A stretch of DNA of 64,000 bases from Patescibacteria group bacterium (lineage in GTDB: Bacteria > Patescibacteriota > Microgenomatia > 2-02-FULL-39-11), in assembly GCA_023379265.1 (NCBI GenBank), contig JAMCUI010000013.1:11576-75575 (forward strand), written 5' to 3'. Below are positions 1-9,454 of the stretch, piece by piece (position 1 is the stretch's first letter; each line of letters opens with the position of its first letter). The translations under genes and the position numbers were made by a program. The notes beneath the pieces were generated by a model. It had not been told where the DNA came from and made no database searches. It saw only the letters and a list, made by a program, of their open reading frames with translations.

Positions 1-116
1 AGGTAGGAGGATATTGCTTTACCGGTTATATAAAAAGTTTCTTCGTTGAGTTGGTCGGGATAAGTGCCTCTAATATCGTAGTCGTGGAAAATTTTTGTAT
101 CAATATTTACAGACAT
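1..116 (-). CDS. phosphoglucomutase/phosphomannomutase family protein, N-terminal fragment (gene continues left of window)
   Basis: Reverse-complement of 1-116 translates to MSVNIDTKIFHDYDIRGTYPDQLNEETFYITGKAISSY, which matches the conserved N-terminus of alpha-D-phosphohexomutases (F..YDIRG...L.EE.....G.A). Translated by hand; not in the ORF track because it is partial. Confidence 0.5.
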   Translation of the reverse strand, partial: MSVNIDTKIFHDYDIRGTYPDQLNEETFYITGKAISSY

Positions 117-157
117 GTATGAAAAATTATGATATATGGATCAGTACAGAATTCATG

Positions 158-847
158 CTAAAGACTTAAAATAAAAATGTCAAGTAGCTCCCCCAACCGG
201 AAAGGGGTCTGGCCTGATTTTATATTATTTTCTATTGACAGAAGCTGTCGGTAGGCAGAAAGAAGTTTCTTTTTATCAAAATATCTGGATTGCTTTATAA
301 ACCTTAAGGCTTGCCATTGGGGCATACCCGGAAAACCTTTCTCGCCTTTGTCCTTTGCCAAAAGAAGAAGTCTTACCTGACGAAGGAACATGAGAAGTAT
401 AAGCTCAGCGGCACGCTGTGACAAGACTGATCTAAAGAGTGAAAGCGATTTGACGGGAGTATCAGCTCCCAAGGAATCCAGCAAACGGAAGAGAAGCATG
501 GGCGGCTGAGATAATATTTCCCGGCAGTTTGGGAAAATTTTTGACAACAACCTTTTGTCTACTTGTGTTTTTTCCCAGATGATGATGTCTGAAATTTTGC
601 TTTCATTTTGAAGAAATTGGATAATCTGGTCTTTTTGGGAAGACGCAGGTCTGGCAATCAGATTTTCTACTATGACAGTTTTTTTATCCTGAAAGAAGGA
701 ATGTGACTGGATAACTGTGGTAAGTTCTGTAATATCGGTTTTTATACCGTCTATATGGACTATCTCTGCGCTCTCCCTCCTCCCTTTTTCCATATCAAGA
801 GCTTTGAGAGAGGAGACTGTATCGTCGCCGTGAATGATGGTAATCAT
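158..847 (-). CDS. holA: DNA polymerase III delta subunit (HolA-like)
   Basis: 229-aa ORF with the HolA-like pattern: N-terminal Rossmann-like region followed by helical domains. Family assignment is from overall resemblance; no single diagnostic motif. Confidence 0.5.
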   Translation of the reverse strand: MITIIHGDDTVSSLKALDMEKGRRESAEIVHIDGIKTDITELTTVIQSHSFFQDKKTVIVENLIARPASSQKDQIIQFLQNESKISDIIIWEKTQVDKRLLSKIFPNCREILSQPPMLLFRLLDSLGADTPVKSLSLFRSVLSQRAAELILLMFLRQVRLLLLAKDKGEKGFPGMPQWQALRFIKQSRYFDKKKLLSAYRQLLSIENNIKSGQTPFRLGELLDIFILSL

Positions 848-1347
848 GTTTTTGCTTTCATTTCCTGAAAAAGGCTTTCCACTCGTCTTGCGTCTATCCT
901 TTTGCCGCGTCCTCTATGGGGCAGGAGCGAGCCGGAAAAATTACTGGGGATATGAAGAAGTTCGTGTATCAGTATCCTAGTTCTGTCGTCGTCTGATAAG
1001 TGGTCATAATGTTGGGAAAGCACTTCAATCACATAATGCGCCGGTAGGTTAAGAGCCATCTGCCAGACTTTGGGGAAACTCCATATCCTTGCCCTGGCTC
1101 TTGAGGATGACCCGGTACTGCGAAAGGAAACGATACGCTTGGGGTCAATATATTTCAACTCCAGCTTTTCTACAATCTTCTCAATCCCCTCTTGTATATC
1201 CGGAGCTTTTTGCCAGTCCATCTTTAGTGTTTTTTTGGATTTGCGTCTTAGTCTGAACAAAGTAAGTTCAATTATAAATTCATCTTCCTCCGGATTCAAT
1301 ATATTCCCTGAGGGCTGCGGCATTATTGCATCTTTCCTCTTTTGCAC
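844..1347 (-). CDS. putative zinc metallopeptidase-like protein (HExxH, DUF45/YgjP-like)
   Basis: Motif IHELLHIPSNFSGS resembles the HELxHxxxxNHS pattern of the DUF45/YgjP hydrolase family. The ORF N-terminus overlaps the next gene by 68 nt, so the true start is probably the internal Met near 1323. Confidence 0.4.
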   Translation of the reverse strand: MQKRKDAIMPQPSGNILNPEEDEFIIELTLFRLRRKSKKTLKMDWQKAPDIQEGIEKIVEKLELKYIDPKRIVSFRSTGSSSRARARIWSFPKVWQMALNLPAHYVIEVLSQHYDHLSDDDRTRILIHELLHIPSNFSGSLLPHRGRGKRIDARRVESLFQEMKAKT

Positions 1348-1645
1348 TAAAGACCAATGTCGCTTTGCCTTTCTTTATTTCTGATTTTAAGAGACCGACA
1401 ATGTCTTTTTTGGCTTTTAACTCGGTAAAATACCTTTTTTTGAACTCTTCCCATTTTTCCTTATCATGGTTGAACCACTTACGCAGGTTGTCGCTGGGAG
1501 CTATATCCTTTAACCAGAGATCAATTTTGGCTTTTTCCTTTGTTAATCCTCGTGGCCAAAGCCGGTCAACCAATATTCTTTTGCCGTCATCTTTTTCGGC
1601 CTTTTCGTAAACACGTTTTAGCGATATTATACTCATCATTTCCAA
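1280..1645 (-). CDS. DUF488 (YeaO-like) family protein
   Basis: RVYE..DG.RILVDRLWPRG..K......W.K..APS..LRKWFNHD pattern is typical of DUF488. Confidence 0.6.
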   Translation of the reverse strand: MEMMSIISLKRVYEKAEKDDGKRILVDRLWPRGLTKEKAKIDLWLKDIAPSDNLRKWFNHDKEKWEEFKKRYFTELKAKKDIVGLLKSEIKKGKATLVFSAKEERCNNAAALREYIESGGR

Positions 1646-1676
1646 ATTATAACACTCTGTAAAGCATTCTAAATTA

Positions 1677-3092
1677 CTAACGGGTTGGAGATGGGTTTGT
1701 GGTAACCGACGACGTGGGGACGGGAGTAGGACTGGACGGCTCTTGAGTCGGTTGTGAAGTGGGTACAGGAGTGTTTGTCGGGCTGACAGCTGTGGGATTT
1801 GAAGGGATGGATGTTACCGTTGGGTTTGTATTGTTATTGCTTGCTGAAGTAGGAGTAGGATTGGAGGAGGTTAAACTGCTAAACGCGACGCTTGGGCTAT
1901 GATTGTTTTGATCGGTAACCGTAAATGAACTCGACGTATCCTGGACGGACAGACTGACCGTACCTGAATTTTGCGAACTTACTGAAAATGAAACCTGGCC
2001 GTTTTGGGCTGTAAGATTTATGGGTGGTTTTGATCCATTTATTGTAAGACTGGAATCGTTGGAAGATTGGGAAATGGTAATGTTTTCATTTGAAGAAACT
2101 GTATTTTTGTTGCAATCCCTTATGACCACGCTAAATGTGACAGATGATCCTGTATTTGCAGATACCGGTGAAGCTGGGTAAACATCGGAGTACCAGGCAT
2201 TTGCTACGCCTGCCCCTGAGTTGCAATTGGAATTTCCAGATGAATTATTGGAAAAGGTGATAGACGGGTTATGGTTGTTTATATCGGTTATGGTAAATGA
2301 TTTAGTGGTATCCTGCACCATAAGTGTGACTGTACCAGAAGTTTGGGAACTGATATAAAAACTGGCCTGGCCGTTTTGGGCAGTCAACGTATAAGGAAGA
2401 CTGTTTCCGTTTATTTTTGTGTTCTGATCGCCTGAACTTAAAGAAATTTTTAACGTATCGTCCACCTGCGCCGTTTGCTTGTTGCAATCCCTTAAGACTA
2501 CAACCATTTCGACTGATCCCGTCGTTGTATTTATAGGCGGGTTTGGGTACACGTCAGAATACCAGGAGTTTGCCTCCCCGGTGCCTGTTGAACAATTGGG
2601 ATTACCGGTATTGGTACCGTTGTTTGAAGAGGAATTGGAGGAAGATGTGGGTACCGGAACAAGTGTCGGTAGGGGTGGTAAAGTCGGGTAGGGTGAGGTA
2701 TGTATAATTGGGCTTTTATAAACGGGTGCTGAATAATCTGCTGAACCCAACACATGGAGGTTTACCTCAGGAGTGGTAGGCAAAGCAAGAGTCGGCAAGG
2801 GATTATTTTGTGCGTGATAATAGAAGATATCGCTATTAGTTCTTTTCTCTGAAGTGTCCATTTTGGAAAGCAAATATCCTCTATACCACATCGCCAGTGA
2901 TACAAATGAAACAATTATAACTGAAATTACCACTGCCGCTTTGTGCCTGAAGAGAAAAATCAGGCTTTTTCTTACCGGCTTTATTTTTATTTTTGATAAA
3001 TGAGGAATATGGAATAATTTTCGTGGTTTTGACAGTTTAGGAAATTTTGGTAATTTTGGGAGATTAGGCAATTTAGGAAACTTAAACTTCAT
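1677..3092 (-). CDS. membrane-anchored surface protein with tandem Ig-like (Big-type) repeats and Ser/Thr/Pro-rich linkers
   Basis: N-terminal basic PKLP/KFPKL repeats, one TM helix (AAVVISVIIVSFVSLAMW), then two roughly 115-aa tandem repeats (C..G.G.AN.WYSDVYP...TGS...VIRDCNK...LTAQNGQ.SF) and an S/T/P-rich C-terminus. Confidence 0.6.
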   Translation of the reverse strand: MKFKFPKLPNLPKLPKFPKLSKPRKLFHIPHLSKIKIKPVRKSLIFLFRHKAAVVISVIIVSFVSLAMWYRGYLLSKMDTSEKRTNSDIFYYHAQNNPLPTLALPTTPEVNLHVLGSADYSAPVYKSPIIHTSPYPTLPPLPTLVPVPTSSSNSSSNNGTNTGNPNCSTGTGEANSWYSDVYPNPPINTTTGSVEMVVVLRDCNKQTAQVDDTLKISLSSGDQNTKINGNSLPYTLTAQNGQASFYISSQTSGTVTLMVQDTTKSFTITDINNHNPSITFSNNSSGNSNCNSGAGVANAWYSDVYPASPVSANTGSSVTFSVVIRDCNKNTVSSNENITISQSSNDSSLTINGSKPPINLTAQNGQVSFSVSSQNSGTVSLSVQDTSSSFTVTDQNNHSPSVAFSSLTSSNPTPTSASNNNTNPTVTSIPSNPTAVSPTNTPVPTSQPTQEPSSPTPVPTSSVTTNPSPTR

Positions 3093-3131
3093 AGCCTAAT
3101 TATACATCTAAAAATTAAGGAAAAATTCAGT

Positions 3132-3160
3132 TTAGCCAAAAGATCATCTTCTGATATAAT
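3132..3160 (+). promoter_or_regulatory. sigma70-like promoter upstream of ychF (TTAGCC-N17-TATAAT)
   Basis: Hexamers with 17-nt spacing seen directly in the sequence, 7 nt upstream of the ychF ATG at 3167. Weak -35. Confidence 0.3.
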
Positions 3161-3166
3161 TGCTTT

Positions 3167-4258
3167 ATGAACTTAACAATAGGGATTGTCGGACTTCCCA
3201 ATGTCGGTAAATCGACACTTTTCAACGCCCTTCTCAAAAAACAGGTTGCGGATGTAGCCAATTATCCTTTCTGTACCATAGAACCAAACGTAGGTGTGAT
3301 AGAAGTGCCTGATTCCCGCCTAGTCGTGCTCGCTAAAGTGGTAAACACACAAAAAATCATCCCTGCAGTAGTAGAATTCTACGATATTGCCGGGCTTGTC
3401 AAAGGAGCTTCAACAGGCGCCGGTCTTGGAAATAAATTCCTTTCCCACATAAGGGAGGTAGCTGCTATTGTCCACGTAGTCAGGTTTTTTGAGGATAGCA
3501 ATATCGCCCATGTATCGGAAAAAATCGATCCGGCCGATGATATAAAAACTATAAACACAGAGCTTATCTTGGCTGACATTGCAACATTGGAAAAGCAACC
3601 TGAACCCAGGATGAATGCTACCAAAGAAGAAAGATATACATATGACACTGTAAAAATTCTGATGGGCAAATTAAACCAAGACATTACAGCTAGGAATGCT
3701 AAACTTGATGGCGATCAGTTAAAGTCGGTTTCACAACTAAATCTCCTGACACTGAAACCTGTAATCTATGTACTAAACCTTTCCGAGAGACAGCTTGAAA
3801 AGATAAAAGATTTTGAAGAGAAGGCCAAGGAAATCCTCCATGAGGCAGGGGAAAAAGCAGATATCGTCAGTCTTTGCGCTAAACTCGAGAATGAAGTCCT
3901 GTCCCTAAACCCTGAAGAGCAGAAAGAGTATTTGGAGCAGTATTCACTCTCAGAGATCGGTCTAAACAGGTTAGTGAAAAAAACTTATGGCATCCTAAAC
4001 CTCATATCGTTTCTCACTGCAGGCGAAAAGGAAGTAAGGGCTTGGACAATTACTTTGGGCACGCTTGCCCCACAAGCTGCAGCTGTCATTCACACGGATT
4101 TTGAGAAGCACTTTATAAAAGCCGATATTGCCTCATATGAAGATTTTGTCAGTCTTGGGGGCTGGGTAAATGTAAGGGAAGAGGGAAAAGTTTTCTCAGC
4201 AGGCAAGGACTACCAGATGAAAGACGGTGATGTAGTGGAGTTTAAGATCGGCGTATAG
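3167..4258 (+). CDS. ychF: ribosome-binding ATPase YchF (Obg-like GTPase family)
   Basis: [18 protein letters not shown]-loop, YPFCTIEPN motif and C-terminal TGS domain; 363 aa is the canonical length. Confidence 0.9.
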   Translation: MNLTIGIVGLPNVGKSTLFNALLKKQVADVANYPFCTIEPNVGVIEVPDSRLVVLAKVVNTQKIIPAVVEFYDIAGLVKGASTGAGLGNKFLSHIREVAAIVHVVRFFEDSNIAHVSEKIDPADDIKTINTELILADIATLEKQPEPRMNATKEERYTYDTVKILMGKLNQDITARNAKLDGDQLKSVSQLNLLTLKPVIYVLNLSERQLEKIKDFEEKAKEILHEAGEKADIVSLCAKLENEVLSLNPEEQKEYLEQYSLSEIGLNRLVKKTYGILNLISFLTAGEKEVRAWTITLGTLAPQAAAVIHTDFEKHFIKADIASYEDFVSLGGWVNVREEGKVFSAGKDYQMKDGDVVEFKIGV

Positions 4259-4295
4259 GATAACGGGTGATGAGTTATGTGTTGTGAGTTAGTGA

Positions 4296-4856
4296 TTATT
4301 TTCTGATTTTGGCAGGTCGTTTGACGAGCTTTGCGATAAAGACAATTTCTCGCACTTCCCCATCTTCTCCCTCTATCTCATTGCTTCCCGACATGCGTTG
4401 GTATTCGGATAGATAATCCGAGAGAGCAGTATCCATCTCTTTTATCTCTGTTGTAAGAGCTTTGATTTTCTCATCTATCGCGGCTACATTTGGCTGTTTT
4501 AGGAGTTGCTGTTTGGTCTGACTTTTTACTCGTGCAGCCTCCTTGGCTTTCTCACTATGGAGATTGTATGTAGGATCATTCGTAAAGATATCATCCAGCA
4601 TCTGACGCTGTTCCTTGAGCTGTTTCCGGCGCGAATCTATGCCGGCAATATGGCTCTTGACCAGGTTTTCCAGATTTAGAAGTACGTCAGTCTGGCTTTC
4701 CTCAAGGGGTTTCTGTGTCTTTTCTTCACTAGGATCATCATTCATATTTCTAGGATAACCGAATCCCATATATTTTTGCAAGAGGAATTTTATATGTCTT
4801 TTCTTTATCCCGAATGTCTGGTATGATAAAAATATGTTAAAGCAAATCGTTGTCAA
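4296..4856 (-). CDS. hypothetical coiled-coil protein
   Basis: ORF only; charged helical composition. The start may be an internal Met. Confidence 0.3.
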   Translation of the reverse strand: MTTICFNIFLSYQTFGIKKRHIKFLLQKYMGFGYPRNMNDDPSEEKTQKPLEESQTDVLLNLENLVKSHIAGIDSRRKQLKEQRQMLDDIFTNDPTYNLHSEKAKEAARVKSQTKQQLLKQPNVAAIDEKIKALTTEIKEMDTALSDYLSEYQRMSGSNEIEGEDGEVREIVFIAKLVKRPAKIRK

Positions 4857-5178
4857 AGAGAAAATGGTGTCGGTAAAGCATCACGGGAAAGTGAAATACC
4901 TGGAGCTTGAATGCAATTTCTGCCACAGGCATTTTGATAAACAGGAGAGCTATGTACGCAAACAAAGCAGGATGAGGAAATCAGCCTGTTGCTTTTGCAG
5001 CATCGCCTGCCGCCTGAATTATTATAAAAAAGATCAAAAATCACCCAATCCTTCTATCAAATCAGAAAAGGTGGAGAAAAAACAGATTATAGTCGAGAAA
5101 TCAGAGGATAAAAAAGATACAAAAAAAAGGCCTCCGATAACAACTTTCTTGCGTAAGTTCTTCGGTCTGGATTATTGA
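4834..5178 (+). CDS. hypothetical zinc-ribbon protein with Lys-rich tail
   Basis: C-x2-C ... CC-x-C-x3-C cysteine pattern followed by a K/E-rich C-terminus. ORF only. Confidence 0.3.
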   Translation: MLKQIVVKEKMVSVKHHGKVKYLELECNFCHRHFDKQESYVRKQSRMRKSACCFCSIACRLNYYKKDQKSPNPSIKSEKVEKKQIIVEKSEDKKDTKKRPPITTFLRKFFGLDY

Positions 5179-5245
5179 CAGGTTACCACATTTTATAGCG
5201 GTTGCCATTTTCCCATTTCCTATATAATAATATTTATATACCTTT

Positions 5246-6619
5246 TTGCATATGAGATCTTCGTCTATATTTCTAGACCGCAGGATAGTGCTTGCCATTA
5301 CGTATGCCCCGGCAGGCCTTGGCCACTTGCGCGTGGCTGACGCCCTTTACCACGGCTTGCCCAAAGACGTGGTGCCGGTTCTTTTGGGTTCTGACGATAC
5401 CTCTATCACCTACATACACCGTTTCTCCAGTATCCATCCGCTTACGCGTGCCCTTATGGTTTTCTGGCAGCAGGGACTTCCCGAAAAAATTTTTACCTTT
5501 TTTTACAGACTTTATCTTCTGACAAGCACGGAGATAATTTATAAGCAGCTCAGGACCATCCTTTCTCAAAGGATAGACCCGGTAAAGACTCTTGTCGTTG
5601 TGGCTACACATTTTGGCCTGGCGCACCAGATTGCCGCAATAAAGGAGTATTTGGAAAAGAAAGAGGGTATAAAAATCATTCTTGTTGTCCAGGTGACAGA
5701 CGACTCTCCCCAACTGATATGGTATGTCAATGGTGCCGATATGATTTTTGTCCCAAGTGTCAGGACAAAAGAATCACTCCTGTCATATGGGCAAAAAGCT
5801 TACCGCAATTTCAAACAGCCCAAGTTCATCGTAGCACCCTACCCGGTAAACCCGCTTATGGCTATCAATCTGCCGCATTATGCTTTCCAGTCAAAATTAC
5901 GCCAGCTATCATCAGAGGAAGATGAAGAAATAAACATCTGTATCCCGCTCTCAGGTGCTGCCGTAGGCACAGATATACTTTATAAGATCATAAAGCTTCT
6001 CCCTGCAAACTCGACACGTTTCCGTTTCCATATCGTAGCCAAAGAAGCACCATACACGCAAAAGTTCATATTGGATCTTCTTAGTGACCCTCACACACTC
6101 TTACACATCGGGCGCTCAGACCGGGAAGTCATAGACCTTTATGACAGGCTATACCAATATCAGACAATTGCCCTTGAAATTACAAAACCCAGCGAGCAGG
6201 CATTCAAGGCTCTTTTTTCTCCACGGCAAAAAGGAGGAGCCATTCTCCTTTTCCTAAACCCTGTCGGTAAGCAGGAGTATGACAACCTGGATTTTTTACG
6301 CAGGCATGGCCTAATACCGTCAACAAAAATGAAAAAAATTCTTTGGGACTGGTCACAAGGCAATATATCGGTAAATAAGCATTTGGAAAACGAAATATTG
6401 AAAGAAGCACTAAACTGGAGAGGCATTGAACTACCCAAAAATTCATTTGATACGGTGGAATTTATAAACTTTTCCCTGAAAAAAGGAATTTTCTCCCAAA
6501 TGGCCAACTTCCACATGCCATCCTCTCTTACAGAAAATCATAAACAGGAGATCTCTCCCGAAGGTGTCGACATTTTCTGGGATAAAGTGGAAGAACACCT
6601 GGATCGGGTAGCCAGCTGA
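5246..6619 (+). CDS. GT-B glycosyltransferase-like protein (MGDG-synthase/GT28-like)
   Basis: N-terminal YAPAGLGHLRVADAL resembles the G-G-H motif of GT28 N-domains. C-terminal FLNPVGKQEYDNLDFL resembles the GQE.GN motif. Confidence 0.35.
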   Translation: MHMRSSSIFLDRRIVLAITYAPAGLGHLRVADALYHGLPKDVVPVLLGSDDTSITYIHRFSSIHPLTRALMVFWQQGLPEKIFTFFYRLYLLTSTEIIYKQLRTILSQRIDPVKTLVVVATHFGLAHQIAAIKEYLEKKEGIKIILVVQVTDDSPQLIWYVNGADMIFVPSVRTKESLLSYGQKAYRNFKQPKFIVAPYPVNPLMAINLPHYAFQSKLRQLSSEEDEEINICIPLSGAAVGTDILYKIIKLLPANSTRFRFHIVAKEAPYTQKFILDLLSDPHTLLHIGRSDREVIDLYDRLYQYQTIALEITKPSEQAFKALFSPRQKGGAILLFLNPVGKQEYDNLDFLRRHGLIPSTKMKKILWDWSQGNISVNKHLENEILKEALNWRGIELPKNSFDTVEFINFSLKKGIFSQMANFHMPSSLTENHKQEISPEGVDIFWDKVEEHLDRVAS

Positions 6620-7966
6620 TTATTCTTCCTTATCTTGCTTTACCGCTCTTGCGTCGTTAAACCACCTACTCTGTGAAAGTATTTTCCATATAGCATATGA
6701 AGAGGCTTGTACCACAGCGCTCACAAGATTTCTTCCCACAGTTGCGGAAGTCCCTCTTTCTCCCGCCAGTATTCCCAAAATAGAAACTGAGACTTCAGGT
6801 ATAGCTACACCCAGGATCATAGCCGCCATGGCAAACCTATCCTGCCTCTTTATATTTTGGGGATAGAGATTTTTAGCCAAAATCGTTGCCGCCATACCCA
6901 GTCCATTTACACCTATACGCACGTCTTTATCCCGGATAGTCTTCAGATTAAATTTGGCATTATTTGCCAAAGCCGAAAAATTCGCAATGTAGGCGGCAAT
7001 TACTAAACCAGCTAAAACCTGCGGATCGTGGATATCTTTGAGGAAAGGGAATAGGGCACCGGAGGCGGTAGTGGCGGTAGACAACCCTTCGCCAGCGGCG
7101 GTCATAACTGCTATGAGTATGGCGGCATTCCTGATCTTAACTACCGTCTCTTTTGGTACATCCAGTATCCCCATCAGCCTATCACTTTCAAGAGGCTCCA
7201 AAGTCGCAAGCCTCCTTACGATCCTGGCTTCTAGTATGAAAAGATCCTTTTTCCCGACAGGCCTATTCCCACTTGTGGATTTATTTTTCTCCAAACCAAT
7301 TAAAATACCGTATGATGTCAATAGATCCAATTCGCCGGCCATGTCCGGATGTGCCCGGAGAAATTTAGAGGACATTTCTTTATCTCCTGCTGCTTCCAAT
7401 AGTAAAACCAGCCTGCCTGTCACCTCCCGCCTTTCCCTTTGCCATTCCCTTCTTTGTCTTGAAAAGATTATTCCCTTTTTAGTTGGTTTCTTAGACATAA
7501 TTTCATCTGAAATTCTCTTTATCAAAGGAAACTGGTCCATAAAACCGGCTGCCTGGGAAATCTTGTCCTCAGAATGAACCGGTTTTTGAGTGGTATACTG
7601 CAGTCTTCCGACCAGCTGGGACAATCCCCACTGTTCTCCCCAGGATCCCAATTCCTGACTAATGTCTTTCCCTTCGAGAAGTTGGGTGAGTATTGGTTCC
7701 ATGGCAGATACCATCTCATCCTGTGTGGGGATTGGAAGGCCTGAATTCCGGTTTTTTTCCGCCTGCCAACCCGCCTGGCTTCGCGCCAGTTTCGTTGCCC
7801 ATTTCTGTGCAGGAGTTGGCCGACTCGTCATATCCCGAAGGAAATTTGAAGATTTTTGTTTTTCGATTACAGGCATAATAGATACTTTATGGAATTTGGG
7901 AATTATATCGCGATAATACCTTGACTGCAATACTATAAGCTTTTCTATATGTGCTAAAGATGGCAA
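6620..7966 (-). CDS. hypothetical membrane-associated protein
   Basis: 448-aa ORF with hydrophobic C-terminal segments. No family recognised. Confidence 0.4.
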   Translation of the reverse strand: MPSLAHIEKLIVLQSRYYRDIIPKFHKVSIMPVIEKQKSSNFLRDMTSRPTPAQKWATKLARSQAGWQAEKNRNSGLPIPTQDEMVSAMEPILTQLLEGKDISQELGSWGEQWGLSQLVGRLQYTTQKPVHSEDKISQAAGFMDQFPLIKRISDEIMSKKPTKKGIIFSRQRREWQRERREVTGRLVLLLEAAGDKEMSSKFLRAHPDMAGELDLLTSYGILIGLEKNKSTSGNRPVGKKDLFILEARIVRRLATLEPLESDRLMGILDVPKETVVKIRNAAILIAVMTAAGEGLSTATTASGALFPFLKDIHDPQVLAGLVIAAYIANFSALANNAKFNLKTIRDKDVRIGVNGLGMAATILAKNLYPQNIKRQDRFAMAAMILGVAIPEVSVSILGILAGERGTSATVGRNLVSAVVQASSYAIWKILSQSRWFNDARAVKQDKEE

Positions 7967-8104
7967 AAAAAAGAAGTACCCGCTCCGAAAATCAAAAGGT
8001 TTTTGAATGTTTTTTAATATATCTCTTTATTCAATTGTGAGAAGTGAGCGTATTAATCATGTGGTACAATTTATCAACAATAGATTAGTTAATTCTCTAT
8101 ATTC

Positions 8105-8764
8105 ATGGACCCTCCTGAACTTATTAAATCAAATGCGAAGTTGCCCTTTAGATTACCCAATGTTGATCTGCATAATAGAGCCCCTAATTGTTATTCAATT
8201 GGAACAAGTAGAGTTTTTTTGTATGAAAACTCTGGATGGTCACCACCTCTTCCTCCCCACGAAATAATTCAGGAATCACAACTTTTAAGAGAGCAAATGA
8301 GCCAAAATCCTAATGATCCTCCAATTGATATTGTCATTGCGAATAAAAAAACATCAGGCGACCAAACTGTGGTATCTGAATGCTTTTATCTAGAAAAACC
8401 TGATAGGTTCGTTGTGGCTGTGTATCCAAATATTCTTAATAAAGTACTATCTGAGGCTCAAACGCTTATGTCAAATACTGGGATTAATTTAGCTCCTGCA
8501 TCGGTACAAGCACTAGCTTGTATTTGGGAAGAAGTAACACATGCAATTAGAGTAGCCAGAAATCCTAGAGAAAGAAGACAGAAGTTTATAGAGGAATATC
8601 GATCTAGAGCCTTAGGAGGTCCATATAGAAAGTATCTAGAAGATGAGATCGAGTCAGAAGCACATAGAATAATAGAACAAAGGTTAAAACAAAAGTATCC
8701 ACAAAATAGGTATGAGACTGCTGGAAAATTGGTATTTGAACTGCCAATAGAAAATCCTACTTAA
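8105..8764 (+). CDS. hypothetical protein
   Basis: ORF only; lies in an AT-rich stretch on the 3' side of tRNA-Glu. Confidence 0.35.
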   Translation: MDPPELIKSNAKLPFRLPNVDLHNRAPNCYSIGTSRVFLYENSGWSPPLPPHEIIQESQLLREQMSQNPNDPPIDIVIANKKTSGDQTVVSECFYLEKPDRFVVAVYPNILNKVLSEAQTLMSNTGINLAPASVQALACIWEEVTHAIRVARNPRERRQKFIEEYRSRALGGPYRKYLEDEIESEAHRIIEQRLKQKYPQNRYETAGKLVFELPIENPT

Positions 8765-8781
8765 AAGAATTGATCACACCT

Positions 8782-9225
8782 TTATAAACGTTCGGCTAAT
8801 GCCTGAACATATAGATTTTTCACATATTTCTTGTCGTTTTCTAGTATATTTCCGTTTGTAGCAATTCGCCAGGCGACATCATCCTCCACATCAGAATAAT
8901 TATGCTTAAAAGCATCAAGACAAACGGTAGCAAGTTTTTCTCCGAAATGTGATAAACCTTTACTTTGTAGCTTACTTCTGTCTAAACCCAAATTTGACAA
9001 ACTGGCAGACCTTACTCTTATAACTTTGTTTTCCGCTTGTCTTCCCGAGGCTGGATATGTGTAGTGTTCTTTAATTCCAAAATTCATTATTCCAGTGGTT
9101 TCAAATCTTGTATTTCCTACACCTGAAAGATCAAAAAAAGGTAAATGATCAGTATGTATTGCTTCTTTTCTCAGTAATACTGATCTCTTTGGTGGATTTT
9201 GAAAGATTCCTTCATTAAATTCCAT
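8782..9225 (-). CDS. hypothetical protein
   Basis: ORF only; lies in an AT-rich stretch on the 3' side of tRNA-Glu. Confidence 0.35.
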   Translation of the reverse strand: MEFNEGIFQNPPKRSVLLRKEAIHTDHLPFFDLSGVGNTRFETTGIMNFGIKEHYTYPASGRQAENKVIRVRSASLSNLGLDRSKLQSKGLSHFGEKLATVCLDAFKHNYSDVEDDVAWRIATNGNILENDKKYVKNLYVQALAERL

Positions 9226-9303
9226 TTACCTTATTTTAACATTCTTTTATGACTACTAAAATATCGGGTCTAAACTGAGGAATTGCTTGGATTAAAAAAA
9301 GAG

Positions 9304-9377
9304 TACCCCGTGCCGGATTCGAACCGGCGATTCTCTGGCTGAAAACCAGATGTCCTGGGCCGCTAGACGAACGGGGC
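9304..9377 (-). tRNA. tRNA-Glu (anticodon UUC)
   Basis: Reverse-complement GCCCCGTTCGTCTAGCGGCCCAGGACATCTGGTTTTCAGCCAGAGAATCGCCGGTTCGAATCCGGCACGGGGTA folds as a cloverleaf. The D-arm GTCTAG.GGCCCAGGACA is characteristic of bacterial tRNA-Glu. Anticodon loop TTTTCAG gives UUC. CCA is not encoded. Confidence 0.8.
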
Positions 9378-9454
9378 TATCGATACACTGTCATTTATTC
9401 TAACAGATTCAATTCTAAAATTGTAAGTTCGGGCCGCTAGACGATTCGTCACTT

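Noticed and set aside
1070-1610. Plus-strand ORFs 1070-1384 and 1326-1610 antisense to the metallopeptidase-like and DUF488 genes
   Set aside because: They are fully embedded antisense in better-supported ORFs with recognisable domains and have low-complexity translations. Likely shadow ORFs.
2302-2755. Small ORFs 2302-2487, 2479-2691 and 2531-2755 inside the surface-protein gene
   Set aside because: They are frame shadows of a long repeat-containing coding region.
8007-8267. Alternative upstream start or ORF for the 8105-8764 hypothetical
   Set aside because: It is in a different frame from the 219-aa ORF. The short ORF is low-complexity and AT-driven.
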